Positions 1 through 11,629 of a stretch of DNA of 64,000 nt are shown piece after piece. Origin of the DNA: Podarcis muralis (lineage: Eukaryota); contig NC_135662.1 in NCBI RefSeq assembly GCF_964188315.1, positions 7,440,001 to 7,504,000 on the forward strand, in the 5' to 3' direction. The position numbers were made by a program, and so were the translations under genes. Every line of letters starts with the position of its first letter. Position 1 is the first letter of the stretch. The notes under the pieces were generated by a model, which saw nothing but the letters and a program-made list of their open reading frames with translations, was not told the origin of the DNA and searched no databases.

Positions 1-538
1 GATTTCTCCTGCTTCAGAGACAGGACATGACCCAATGGATTCAAGTTGCAAGAAAGGAGATTCCAACTAACTATCAGGAAGAACTTTCTGACAAGAAGAG
101 CTGTTATACCTGAAGGAGTGTCTCCACCCACATCGTTCTGTCCGGACACTGAGGTCCAGCACCGAGGGTCTTCTGGCGGTTCCCTCACTGTGAGAAGCGA
201 GGTTGCAGGGAACCAGGTAGTGGCACCCTCCCTGTGGAATGCCCTCCCATCAGATGTCAAAGAGATAAACAACTACCTGACATTTAGAAGACATCTGAAG
301 GCAGCCCTGTTCAGGGAAGTTTTTAATGTGTGACATTTTAATGTATTTTTAATCTTTGCTGGAAGCCTCCCAGAGTGGCTGGGGAAACCAAGCCAGCTGG
401 GCGGGGTACAAATAATGAATTATTATTGTTAACCTTGGAGGTTTTTAAGCAGAGGTTGGATGAAAATCTACACTGCAGGTGGTTGGACCAGAAGACCTCC
501 GGGGTCCCTTCCAACTATACAATTCTATGTTTCTATGT
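1..538 (+). mobile_element. CR1 LINE 3' end, interrupted by an L2 fragment (106-430)
   Basis: 1-105 and 433-538 match the CR1 3' end seen intact at 5283-5808 (aagaactttctgac..gctgtt / ttggaggtttttaagcagaggttggatg..ttccaact), ending in a (ttctatg) tail. Confidence 0.8.
106..430 (+). mobile_element. L2 LINE 3' fragment
   Basis: Encodes ..VAPSLWNALPSDVKEINNYLTFRRHLKAALF*, a typical L2 ORF2 C-terminus, followed by a 3' UTR and (tta) tail. The same family occurs reversed at 8474-9110. Confidence 0.8.
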
Positions 539-824
539 ATCTGGAATATATATATTTATTTACATATTATCCTCAAATACTTCCCTGCTTAACCTTGTTT
601 GGTTTTAGCGTTATAGAATGTTTGGGAGTGTAAATGGCTGAACTGGACAGCCAACCTCCCCGTTTCTCTTCTACAAGCTGCTATAAGTGTGAAGCCCCAC
701 CCTAACTCATGAAAACATGCAGAGAGAAATTGCCACAGTATCAGCAAACAGGCACCTAAATCAGCATCATGTAAAAGCAAATGGGGAAGCAATTAAAAGG
801 GAGCTTTTGTTTAGGAGTGCTTAC

Positions 825-854
825 CTCGTAATCATCCATCATGGGATAGTCCAT
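825..854 (-). CDS. Putative first coding mini-exon (MDYPMMDDYE) of an MRGPR paralogue lying left of the window
   Basis: Reads ATG GAC TAT CCC ATG ATG GAT GAT TAC GAG|gtaagc. The exon and donor are conserved with 7627-7644 inside a duplicated block. Confidence 0.5.
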
Positions 855-1974
855 AAAATGTACTGGTCCCCCAAGAAACCCAAGCTACAGTTGCAGCTAG
901 AACAGCCTCCAACACATAATAAGCTAGTTAGCAAAATAATTAAGTGGAAAACTAAAGAGGAAACTGAATCACCACCTAATTTTGAAACGCATCCTGGTAT
1001 TGTTCCAGCATCAACACAGGAAGTAGGTGTTAGAGAAAGAAGAATTGAGCTTGTAATATTTACTGTGCTTGATGCCAGGCTATGCTGCTGTGGGTCGCCC
1101 CTTCCCCACCTCACTTGACCTCCGCACCGATGCGTCAAGTGAGGAGACCCCCAGCGGCAGGCAGAGAAGGACAGGAAGCTGGGGACAGGGCCTGCCAGAA
1201 CATGCCTGGGTGGAACAGAAATCCCTATGGAAGATGGCACCTGTGTTGGGGCACCTGGTTCACACCCTCTCAAAATTGTGTGCCTGGGGCCATGCCCCCT
1301 CCCGATCTGTCTATAACCCTTTCCTTTCCTTCCTCGTGGATAACAAAGTACAGTAAGTAACCCATGGGATATGAGGTGGTCTATCATCTCTAATCCCCTT
1401 GGCCCCCAGTATGACTCTGGCTAACTGGTTTGATTGATTAGCCACTTGCTACGTATGATATATGTTCGGAGGCATGTAGAGGAGTGTTCATAGTGGCAAG
1501 TCCAGGTGTAGGAATTCCATCAAATTTTATCTGAAATGAACATTCAAAGAAAATGTTGGGGTAGTTCTTTCATGCAAAACATCTAAGCAATATTTTGAGT
1601 TTTATACATCAAGTCTTAAAGATTGTGTGGTGTTGATTTTTCTTGTGCAAAGGTTCTTCCTCATTTTGCTGAGAGATTTTCCCTTGAGGAAGCCCCCCTC
1701 TCCTTTTTTTACTGAAGATTCAGTTTCTGCAAAAGCTTGTGTTTTTCAAGAAGTTTCCTTGATATGAAGTTTGTTACATATGTTTCATAATCAGCTTTCA
1801 CCCACAGGAAGTATCTCACCAGTTAATCTGCTGATTTCTGTGCATAGTTGCCATGACTTCAAAAACTAGCATTGTCTTGTCCAGAGCATTCGTCTTGTAA
1901 CTGCATGTGTTTTGGGGTGTGTATCAGAGTGCAGAATCAACAATATGGTTTATCCCCCTCACAAATAGTAGATA

Positions 1975-2570
1975 CAGTGGTTACGAACTCTGGTTACAAA
2001 CTTAATTCGTTGTGGAGATCCGTTCTTAACCTGAAGCCGTTCTTAACCTGAAACTGTTCTTAACCTGAGGTACCACTTTAGCTTGTTGTTGTTGTTGTTT
2101 AGTCGTTTAGTCGTGTCCGACTCTTCGTGACCCCATGGACCAGAGCACGCCAGGCACCTCTGTCCTCCACTACCTCCCGCAGTTTGGTCAAACTCATGCT
2201 GGTAACCTCGAAAACATTATCCAACCATCTCATCCTCTGTCGCCCCCTTCTCCTTGTGCCCTCCATCTTTCCCAGCATCAGTGTCTTCTCCAGGAAGTCT
2301 TCTCTTCTCATGAGGTGGCCAAAGTACTGGAGCCTCAGCTTCACGATCTGTCCTTCACGATCTTTAGCTAATGGGGCCTTAACCTGAAACTGTTCTTAAC
2401 ATGAGGTACCACTTTAGCTAATGGGGCCTGCTGCCACTGTGTTGCCGCCGTGTGATTTCTGTTCTCATCCTGAGGTAAAGTTCTTAACCCGAGGTACTAC
2501 TTCCAGGTTAGTGGAGTCTGTAACCCGAAGTGTTTGTAACTCGAGGTGTTTGTAAACTATGTTACCACTG
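1975..2570. mobile_element. Tc1/mariner-type MITE (TA TSD) with internal tandem repeats and a nested RTE
   Basis: Ends are ta|cagtggttac ... gttaccactg|ta. Same family as 22131-22356. The paralogous site at about 9712-9720 is empty. Confidence 0.8.
2084..2361 (-). mobile_element. RTE (BovB-like) LINE 3' fragment
   Basis: Encodes KLRLQYFGHLMRREDFLEKTLMLGKMEG..KSRTRLND* with a (CAA)n tail. 8-bp TSD CTTTAGCT at 2076-2083 and 2362-2369. Confidence 0.9.
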
Positions 2571-4076
2571 TATTACAATCTAAAATCTCTGGCTGAGTCT
2601 TTTATCTGGATAATGACACTTGCGGTTTTTTGTGTTATGATAATGGCCCAGCCACTTGAAATTCTGCTGCTCCCTGCACTGATGTCGCTTAGATATAAGC
2701 TAAAAACAGATTTTTCCATAGACTTTTGGAGATAGTGGTTAACATTCAGCAGCCCTGGGTTTGATATACTTACAGCATCATTCTAATCCAAGGCCTGTTA
2801 GAAGTAGCAAATTTGGAATAGATGGACTTTAGGCTACAGCAACATAGCTCAACGTGGCTCTGCTCCTGGTCCGGCCAGAGGTCCACTGCACTGTAAGATC
2901 TGACAAATCTTGCCATATAGGCTGTTAGCGATATGCAGGGTAGCCTGAAAACAGCTTGCTCCAGTGAGTATTAGGGAGTCATTCATCCACAAACAGGGAG
3001 AAGATTCCAGAACAGTTGCATATAAGTGGGAGAGGCACTCTGAGCATGCAAAGCTTCAGCTGGAAGTGCCAATAAAAGGAGAACTAGAAGACTGACCAAA
3101 CTGCTGCTTCATGACTGCCGATAGACTGTGTCTGCCTCCATCATTGCTTAAAAGAAAGAAGGACTGAAACTTAAGTATGTCATTACAGCTATTGCTATAA
3201 TGATTGTGAATAGTGCTACTGTGAAGTGTTTATGTCCAGTCAAGAAATAATTCACTTGACTGAGTGTTATGGTGTCTGTGTTTCTACTCAAAGTGTAGTT
3301 TCAGTTGCTGACTACTGCTAAATGGTTGGAAGCTGATAACAAGCTGCCTACACATGAGTATACCCATGCAGTGAAAATGTGATGGACTGTGACCTTCAAT
3401 AGTGAGTTGTTGTGTGCTGTTCAGAAAGGACCGGAGTCAGATGCAAAGTACAATAAAATTGAAAGATTTATTTAAATTGCAGCTGAGGAATGATTAAGAT
3501 AAAACACTGTGGTATAAGAATGAAAAGAATACATAAATGGAATGCAAGTGAGCAATGGAGAAATGAAAAAGAACAACAGAGAAACGAAAAAGAACAATAT
3601 AAGATACATGTAATTATTATAATTATTTCATTCTGCATTAAATTAGTATACGACCCTATACCTTTAGATATCAAGGCGGTTCACAGCCACTGCAGTCAGC
3701 GTGAGCAAGGGACTGTGGTCATGTCCCACTGCTGTCTAGCTTGGAGATGTGTGCTTTGTCCAGTCTACTTGTGTACTTTCTGAAAGGATGAAACGCCAAT
3801 CAACATTATGGCATGGGGAGGTGGTGGGGAGAAAATCTTTAGCCCAACCCTTCAAAAAATATAGGGGTGAAGAAGACCTGACCTTCTCTCCAAGGCCCAT
3901 CTCCACAGTCTTACTCTATCCACAGCAAATGTTACAATACAAAACTCCTAGTTTAAATTTCCTATGTTGGACATGAGATAGAAAGGCATTAAAAGAAGTC
4001 TTCCACGCCAAAGACTACCCTCTGTACATTATTGTGCTTATGATAATAAAGAATTGGCCAGTCCTGCCTTAAGGCA

Positions 4077-4968
4077 TTAAGTTGCTATCATAACCGAGTT
4101 TTCAGTTTTGGATGCTGATTCTTCCTCATCCTTGAAAATCCTCTGGAGTGCAGCTTTCATGGAGACCCTGGACTGGCCCTTTTTCTGTCTCCTCCCAACT
4201 AGGAAATAGATCAGCGGGTTGACACTACTATTCAGAGAGGCACACACAAAACCAACTTCCAATAGAATCATATTCTTCTCATTAAAATAGATGGCAGTGT
4301 AAATGGCATTTAGTGGGAAAGCAAAGATGAGGAAGAAAAGAAGTGCAAGCAAAATGGTGGTGAGCAGCTTCCCGCGTTGATTCTGCTCTGATTTGCAACA
4401 GACTTTGAGGGCCAGTATCAGAGTGGAGGTGACCATCAGAGGAGTGCAAATGAGGGCGTTTACAATAAGCTGGTACACTAAGTTAGAGTCTGGAAAGCTC
4501 TGAGTCAGTAGGAGAGTAAGGTGAATGCCTGAGAGCAGGAAAGAGAGGGTCCATATCAGGGCACAGATAATGGTGGATAAACGTGCCGGCCGGTGGCATC
4601 GATGCCAAAGTGGGAAGAGGACAGCCACAGACCTGTCGATGCTGATGGCGGTCAGTAGAAACTGGCCCGCAGAATACGTGAAGAAAAATAGTTCAAATAA
4701 TACTTTTCTAATCAAAACAGCAACATGGGATTTCTCATAGAAAGTTACAACAGGCAAAATAATAGTCAGGAGAACTGTAAGGACACCAAAGTCAGCGATG
4801 GAGAGGTTCAGGATGTAGGTGGTGAAAGGATTCCTCTTAATGTGGAAGCCCAGAAGCCGGATGACCATTCCATTCCCCAGGAAGCCAAAGATGCAGATGA
4901 TGATAATTATGCTGTTGGCAATGCTTTGGATTACATTTCTATCACGTATTTCCTCAAAATATAATTCC
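4077..4968 (-). CDS. MAS/MRGPR-like GPCR 1, main coding exon (predicted 320 aa with exons 6597-6649 and 7627-7644)
   Basis: 7TM motifs FLGNG, KRNPFTTYILNLSIADF, AISIDRS, PLM, FPLN, NSSVNPLIYF. The frame is open upstream of the tracked ORF to the acceptor ccttttatctctttcag|G at 4969-4970. An in-frame TGA lies just upstream and there is no ATG before TM1. Confidence 0.9.
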
Positions 4969-5282
4969 CTGAAAGAGATAAAAGGATCTCAGTACCTGAT
5001 ATGATGTCTAGGTTCACCTTCATTAACTCTAAAGTCAGCATGACCCAATCAGTGATCAATCTAAGCAGCAAAGAGATAATACCACTTTCTTCTTGTCTAG
5101 ATCAATACCTGTGTAGCTATGGCAGTACACATTTTCCTGGAATCTTCAAAGTAAACGGTTTGGTAGCTTTTCCATTTTTACAACTATTGAGTAAATATTG
5201 ACACAAAGTAGGTGAAATGTTGAGGTTCAATAGCAAATTAGGAAATAGCTAACACTATTCTAGACTGCATCAACGGAAGTAT

Positions 5283-5808
5283 AGTGTCCAGATTGAGGGA
5301 AGTAATAGTACCACTCTATTCTGTCTTGGTCGGACCACACCTGGAATACTGTGTCCAATTTTGGGCACCCCAATTTATGAAGGATTTTGACAGGCTGGAA
5401 CGTGCAGAGGAGGGCAACCAAGATGATCAAGGATCGGGAAACCAAGCCTTATGAGGAGTAGTTGAAGGTATGTTTAGCCTGGAAAAGAGGAGACTGAAAG
5501 GAGATATGATAGCCAGCTTCAAATATCTTAAGGGCTGTGACATGGAAGGGAGTAGGACTCAAACCAATGGCTTCAAGTTGAAGGAGATTCTGACTAAACA
5601 TTCAAAAAAAGCTTTCTGACAGAGCTGTTCGACAGTGGAACAGACTCCTTCAGGAGATTATGGACTCCCCTTCATTGGAGGCTTTTAGGCAGAGGTTGTA
5701 TGGCCATCTGTCATGGATGCTTTAGCTGAGGTTCCCGCATTGCCGGGAGTTGGACTAGATGACCCTTGGGGTCCTTCCAACTCTAAAATTCTATGAATCT
5801 ATGATTAT
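5283..5808 (+). mobile_element. CR1 LINE 3' fragment, degenerate
   Basis: gaccacacctggaatactgtgtccaattttgggc ([11 protein letters not shown]) through to a (ttctatga) tail. Confidence 0.85.
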
Positions 5809-6596
5809 GTGTTAGGAAATGATTTTCAGAAAAGGGGAAGTACTTCCCTGTGGTCTTCCCCTCCATTTTTAGTAACAACGGCCCCAAACATTTTCTTTAA
5901 TCCAGGAAATTTTAAATAAAGGTAAGGGGAGTGAGTCTATCAGTGGTATTTATTCCCCTCCACTTTTTCTGACAAAGGGCTAAACCTTTTTCTTTAACCC
6001 AGGATTGTTGCATCAAGCTGAGATTGTTGCTATGATGGTTTTGCTAATCGCAGAACTGGAGATGGGGGATAGATTTGAATTTCTTTGCATTTTAATTAGA
6101 AACTATCTAATTTGAACTTCCTGAAGCAATACACAAAACAACAGCACATTTTTTTCTTTGAAATTCACACTTATCTGCATTTTGTGATGCAGTTCTCCAG
6201 CCAAGAAATTCCTACAAAAATGCATGTATTATGGGAAAACTGCACACAATATTCAAAACTGCACACAATTCAAAACTGCACACAAAATATATTAATATAT
6301 TTCTTTTAACAAATGTAACTTTCTTCTAAGTTACATTAAAATATTTTTTAAAATACATGAGGAAATCATTTTTTAAAAAAATCAAAACTCTGCAGAACAG
6401 GAAACATGAGAAATTGAGAGAATCCAAAATGGAAATCTCTGGCTATTGTTATTAAAACTCTATAAGATATTGTTCTGCATTAATCACTTATGCTTTGTCA
6501 CAGCTACATTCACTGTATCCATTCACTTCACTTTAAGTGAAGTGAATGGATACAGTGCTTATCCTGAACATGAAATTATTTTAAAAATGCACTTAC

Positions 6597-6649
6597 CCCA
6601 GTAAATCTACACCTTCTTTATACTGAATGCTAGAAACATTTTCTGATAT
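6597..6649 (-). CDS. Predicted internal 53-nt exon of GPCR 1 (ISENVSSIQYKEGVDLLG)
   Basis: Flanked by ttttatttag|ATA and GG|gtaagt. Phase 0 in and phase 2 out, matching both neighbouring exons. Encodes an N-V-S sequon. Confidence 0.6.
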
Positions 6650-6989
6650 CTAAATAAAATCACAATTACAACCCAGTTACAGAGAGTACTTTAGGTTTAA
6701 GAGAATAGATGTTAATAACAACTGACCAAATAAGCAAAGAGGGGAAGGGGAGGGAGGATAATGCAAAAACAAAGTAGTTTAATTATAAAAAAATACTTTG
6801 CAATTTCACAAATCAAATATCATTTTTCAACAAATAACATTGCTGAACATTGTATAACAGCATGGTGTATGTATGATGAATTTAAGATGAACTTCACAGA
6901 TTGGAGAACCAACAAATGAATTGGAATAGGTACCAATGTCAGGCAGAAACAACCAACTGCATAAATATAAGACGGATAGCACCTGACTT

Positions 6990-7310
6990 GCCAGTAGTAC
7001 ATGCGAAAAGGATCTAGGGGTCTTAGTAGACCAGGTTTCCTCAACCTCAGCCCTCCAGATGTTTTTGGCATACAACTCCCATGATCCCTAGATAACAGGA
7101 CCAGTGGTCAGGGATTATGGGAACTGTAGTCTCAAAACATCTGGAGGGTTGATGTTGAGGAAGCCTGTAGTAGACCAAAAACTTTACCTTGGTCTGATCA
7201 AACATGGAGTCCTGTGTCCAGTTCTGGGCACCTGAAGACTGAGAGGAGAGAGAGAGGAGAACAGATTACCCTCAGGGTCCTTTCCAACTCTAAAACTCTT
7301 TGATTCTATG
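6990..7310 (+). mobile_element. CR1 fragment, internally deleted, hosting a hAT MITE
   Basis: gaaaaggatctaggggtcttagtagacc, tgtgtccagttctgggcacc, and a ttccaactctaaaactctttgattctatg tail. Confidence 0.7.
7032..7167. mobile_element. hAT-type MITE (136 bp)
   Basis: Long imperfect TIRs cagg(t/c)ttcctcaac..ccctccagatgtttt. Perfect 8-bp TSD TAGTAGAC at 7024-7031 and 7168-7175. Confidence 0.9.
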
Positions 7311-7626
7311 TATCTAGAAATACATATTTCTATTACACATTAGCTTTGCATGCTTACCCCCTTAACCTCATTTGGTTAATGGTTATGACAAGGTTGTTTG
7401 TTTGTTTTTACAATGTTTGGTAGTGGAAATAGCTGAAATGACCAGCCAGCCTATCTGTTTTCTCTTTTACAAGCTGCTATACATCTTAAATTCAATCTCA
7501 AGCCTAACTCATGAAAGCATGCAGAGAGAAATTGCCACAGTATCAGCAAACAGGCACCTAAATCAGCATCATGTAAAAGCAAATGGGGAAGAAATTAAAA
7601 GGGAGCTTTTGTTTAAGAGTGCTTAC

Positions 7627-7644
7627 CTCGTAATCATCCATCAT
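7627..7644 (-). CDS. Predicted first coding mini-exon of GPCR 1 (MMDDYE)
   Basis: Reads ATG ATG GAT GAT TAC GAG|gtaagc, a phase 0 donor conserved in the paralogous copy at 825-842. Confidence 0.6.
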
Positions 7645-8005
7645 GGGGTAGTTGATAAAATGTACTGGTCCCCCAAGAAACACAAGCTAGAGTTATAGCC
7701 GGAACAGCCGCTGATGAGCTAGTCAGCAACAAAAGTAAGCAGAAATCAAAAGAGGAAACTGAAGCACCAGAAGATTTTGAACTAGATCTGGATAACAAAC
7801 TTCATAGGAAGTAGGCGTTAGAAAAGGAAGAAAAGAGCAGACACAGAATTCAAACCAATGGAAATGGTAGCTAGATTGTTTTAGTGGCTAATTTGATTAG
7901 ATAATTCAGATTGAGTAAGCCTATATTTTTATTCACAAATGAATTTGAGGGATGTACAAGATGGTGCATAGTAAACAGTATGAATGGCCATTTGAAACAG
8001 ATCAA

Positions 8006-8013
8006 TTGTTTGT

Positions 8014-8093
<80 letters not shown>
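8006..8093. repeat. Compound (GTT)n(ATT)n microsatellite
   Basis: Visible directly; a similar compound repeat lies at about 28445-28527. Confidence 0.95.
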
Positions 8094-8096
<3 letters not shown>

Positions 8097-8473
8097 TTAT
8101 TCAATTTATATACCACCTTCCATCAATGAGTGGTAATTGTAACCCTGGTCTCTTATGCACTGCTCCATTTGATATTCTGCCACACTTTCTGGAAACAAAA
8201 TGTACAAGTAAATAAGTTGGGGTGAGAGATGATATTTTTCCAGAGGGCTGAAACTTTAATGGGTACCTAGTTAAACATTCTGTGTGGCACCTTTCAGACT
8301 AACTAATTCAGGCCCCAGTCCTATCTGGGAGACATGCCCATGAAATTTAGTAGGTCTTACTTCTGAGTAGTATGGTTATACTGATATTAAGCTACACTAG
8401 AAATTGCACAACAGGGACCCCTCCTAAACCAAGGTTAGATATTGGTCAGTTTACTACTACTACTGCTTATAAT

Positions 8474-9110
8474 AATAATAAAAATTTGTTGGCTCCCAAC
8501 AAAATATTTGAAACACAATCAAACATCAAACATTAAAAACTTTCATATACACAGCTGTACTATGATGTCTTCTAAATGTTGTGTAGTTCTCTATCTCCTT
8601 GACATCTGATGGGGGGGGGGGGCATTCCACAGAATGGGCCCCACTATTGAGAAGGCCCTCTGCCTGGTTCCCTGTAACTTGGCTTCTTGCAGTGAGGGAA
8701 CCGCCAGAAGGCCCTCAGAGCTGGATTTCAGGGTTTGGGCTGAGCTATGGGGATGGAGACGCTCCTTCAGGTATACAGGTCAGAGGCCATTTCAGGTTTT
8801 AAAGGTCAGCACCAAAACTTTGAATTGTGCTTGGAAATATACTGGAAGCCAATGTCAATCCTTTAGGACTGGTGTTATACGGTTCTGGAGGCCACTCCCA
8901 GTCACCAGTCTATATGCTTCATTCTGGATTGCTTGTAGTTTCTGAGTCATCTTCAAAGGTAGCCCCACATAGAGGGCATTGCAATAGTCCAAGTGGGAGA
9001 TATCCAAAGCATGCACCACTCTGGCAAGACAGTCTGTGGGCAGGTAGGGTCTCAGCCAGATAGGGCTGGTAGACAGTTGCCCTGGACACAGAATTGACCT
9101 GCATCTACAT
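8474..9110 (-). mobile_element. L2 LINE 3' fragment
   Basis: Reverse complement of the family at 106-430. The degraded frame reads PYLAETLPAHRLS..YLPLGLLQCP. Confidence 0.75.
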
Positions 9111-9143
9111 GAACAGGAGGATGAACAGGGGGTCCCCCATATC

Positions 9144-9245
9144 CAGTGCTATTTTTCTAGAAAAAGAGGTGCTGGAACACACCATGAACACCTCCCCCAT
9201 TCTCTTAGAATGGCAATGGCGACCATTTGAGAGGATAGTGTTGGT
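9144..9245. mobile_element. Short MITE-like element (cagtgctatttttctagaaaaagaggtgc family)
   Basis: Reverse complement of the element at 35467-35592 and of its copies near 44572, 49833 and 58658. Confidence 0.55.
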
Positions 9246-9318
9246 TTTTCCTTAGGCAAAGGTATTTCCACAGGTGAAACATTTTCCTGACAAGTTTCCT
9301 GACCCCTCCTTTACTGAA

Positions 9319-9358
9319 AATAATAATAATGATGATAAGGATGATGATTATGATGATG

Positions 9359-9411
<53 letters not shown>
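9319..9411. repeat. (AAT)n/(GAT)n microsatellite
   Basis: Visible directly. Confidence 0.95.
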
Positions 9412-9412
<1 letters not shown>

Positions 9413-9939
9413 TCAATTTATTATTTATACCCCGCCTCTGGGCGGCTATTACTATATTTAGTTTCTGCAAGAGTTTGTGTTTTTCAACAACTTTCCTTGA
9501 TATGACATTTGTTGCACATGCTTCATTATCAACTTTAAACCACAGGAACTATCTCACCAATTACTATGCTCCTTTCTGCTCACAAAGTAGCTGTGATCAA
9601 ATCTCTTCATTTTGCTGTGAAGGGCATTTTTTTGTATCTGCATGCATTTTGGGTGTGCGTATCAGAGCACAGAATCAACAATATGGTTTATCCCCTCACC
9701 CACAAATAGCAGATACTACAATCTGAAATATCTGTCAGGATCTTTAAACCGGATAATGACGCTTATCTTTTGTGATGGTGGCAGCCCAGCTTTTGTAACT
9801 TCCTGCCACTTGAAATTCTGCTGGTGTTTCCACTCAGCAGCCATAGGTTTTATATACTTACAGCACAATTCCAATCAGAGGTCTGTTGGAATTAACAAGT
9901 TTGGAATAGGTGGACTCCAAACCTCCAGATGTCCCCACA

Positions 9940-11010
9940 GTGGTTTTATGTAGATGTTAAACAATGTGGGGGATAGGCTTGAGCCTCATGGAACCCCACA
10001 TTGTATGGGTCTGAAAAGCATTTCCCAAGCAACACCCTCTGGGAATGACCATCCAAGTAGGACTGGAACCACCGCAAAGAGGTACCACCCACTCCTAGTT
10101 CGGACAGTCACTTCAGAAAGATAACATGGTCAATGGTATCAAAAGCCACTGAGAGGTCAATAAGAATTAACAGGGACATGTTTCCCTTGTCTCTCTCTCT
10201 CTCAACAGGGGTCATCGAACAGGGCAACCAAAGTAGTTTCTGTGCCAAAACGGGGCCTAAACCTTGATTGAAATGGATCCAGAAAATCAGTTTCTTCCAA
10301 AAATGCCTGGATCTGGTCTGTGACCACTCATTCCAGAACGTTGCTCAGAAAAGGGAGATTAGCAACTGTCTGGTAGTCAGTTAGGATTTCCAAATTCAGG
10401 GAAGGTTTCTTAAGGAGTGGTTTTACCACTGCCTCATTCAAACAGGCAGGGACGACCCCCTCTCGTAAAGAGGACCAGCCAGCTGTTCCCTCCTTGCTGG
10501 TTTTTATCAGCCAAGAGGGGCAGGGGTCTAGAGTACAAGTGGTCACGCTGACTAATCCGAACACCTTGTCCACATACTTGAGCCTTACCAACTGAAACTC
10601 ATTTAACACAATAGGACTAGACTATGCTCTGGACACCCCATGAAATTCATTTGCTGTAACAGCAAAGTCTTGGTAGAGGCAAGCGATTTTATCTCCAAAA
10701 TGCTTTACAAACAAGTCACCCTCTTCCTTCCCAGTCAAGAAAACAGGTCCAGAGAGTGGCCTGCCATCTGCGTTGCACCACTGACATCTTGGGACAGCCC
10801 CATGATTGTCATGGAGGCCATGAAGTCCTGAGCTGCCCCAGAGCCAGCTGCCTTGGCATGGATGTTGGAATCTCCCAGAACCAGCAGTCTGGAAATCCTC
10901 AATGCCACCTCTGAAACCAGCTTTGTCAGCTCAAGCAGGGAGACTGCTGGGCAGCGAGGCGGGTGGTAAACCAGCAGAAGTCCTAATCTATCCCGATTGT
11001 CCAATGCCAG
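9940..11010 (-). mobile_element. Old L2 ORF2 remnant (endonuclease and pre-RT parts), internally deleted
   Basis: LLLVYHPP..LVLGDSNIH..AGHSLDL (APE domain) and LDPCPSWLIK..AVVKPLLKKPSL..VANLPFLSNVLE. Confidence 0.85.
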
Positions 11011-11159
11011 GAACACACACTCTGTATGATAAAGACATACAAACTCTGAAATATAAGAATGTAGTAATGAAATAAAACTGAGAAATAAAGAAATGCATTC
11101 TATATTTATATAGAAAATGCATTCTGGTATGCATTCTTTATTTATATAGAAAATGCATT

Positions 11160-11579
11160 CTGGTATGTCCCACAGAGAAACTTACGGTCTTCAAATAAAA
11201 ACATCTTGAAGGTCCCAGGCCACAGAGAGGTTAGGCTGGCCTCAACTAGAGCCAGGGCTTTTTCGGCTGTGGCTCCGATCTGGTGGAACACTCTGTCACA
11301 AGAGACTAGGGCCCTGCGGGACTTGACATCTTTCCGCAGGGCCTGCAAGACAGAGCTGTTCCACCAGGCCTTTGGCCAGGGCACAGCCTGACTCCCTCCT
11401 TCGGCAATCTGTGAGGAGCTCTGGCCGAATGGTTGCCAGTGGTTTGCTTTGAATTAATTTTATAATGAATGATTTTAGAGTGTTGTGTTGTGTTGTGTTG
11501 TGTTGTACTGTTGTACTGTTTTATTGTTGTTAGCCGCCCTGAGCCCAGCTTCGGCTGGGGAGGGCGGGATATAAATAAA

Positions 11580-11628
<49 letters not shown>
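11160..11628 (+). mobile_element. Young L2 3' fragment
   Basis: Very similar to 30642-31072 (KVPG.REVRLASTRARAFS..ACKTELFHQAFGQG), with a (TTA)n tail. Confidence 0.9.

Positions 11629-11629
<1 letters not shown>

Larger units (their letters stand above)
540..2900. repeat. Paralogous block, copy of about 7310-9900
   Basis: Collinear similarity: 717-900 vs 7520-7700, 1720-1975 vs 9460-9715, and 2571-2670 vs 9716-9830. Both copies are preceded by a CR1 3' tail. Confidence 0.8.

Noticed and set aside
717-1118. Plus-strand ORFs conserved between 717-1118 and 7372-7698
   Set aside because: The similarity is explained by the segmental duplication. No known motif is present, and the constrained element is the minus-strand mini-exon.
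3000-3330. Possible decayed LTR (TATA-like catataag, AATAAA)
   Set aside because: No termini, TSD or second copy could be identified.
4525-4964. Antisense ORFs over GPCR exons (also 26360-26998, 36629-36892, 45814-46023, 51074-51283, 16190-16468)
   Set aside because: These are expected shadows of hydrophobic-codon bias on the opposite strand.
6597-6644. Alternative acceptor atatcag|AA for the internal exon
   Set aside because: It gives phase 1, which is incompatible with either upstream donor.
7351-7371. Alternative start exon ATG AGG TTA AGG GG|gtaagc (MRLRG), phase 2 compatible with the acceptor at 4968
   Set aside because: The donor is not conserved in the paralogous block (about 575-600), whereas the 7627 donor is. 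It remains possible as a minor isoform.
8608-8620. Poly-G/C runs (also about 32905, 55669, 33200, 58474) as G-quadruplex elements
   Set aside because: They are isolated homopolymer expansions, some inside TEs whose other copies lack them, and may be sequencing artefacts.
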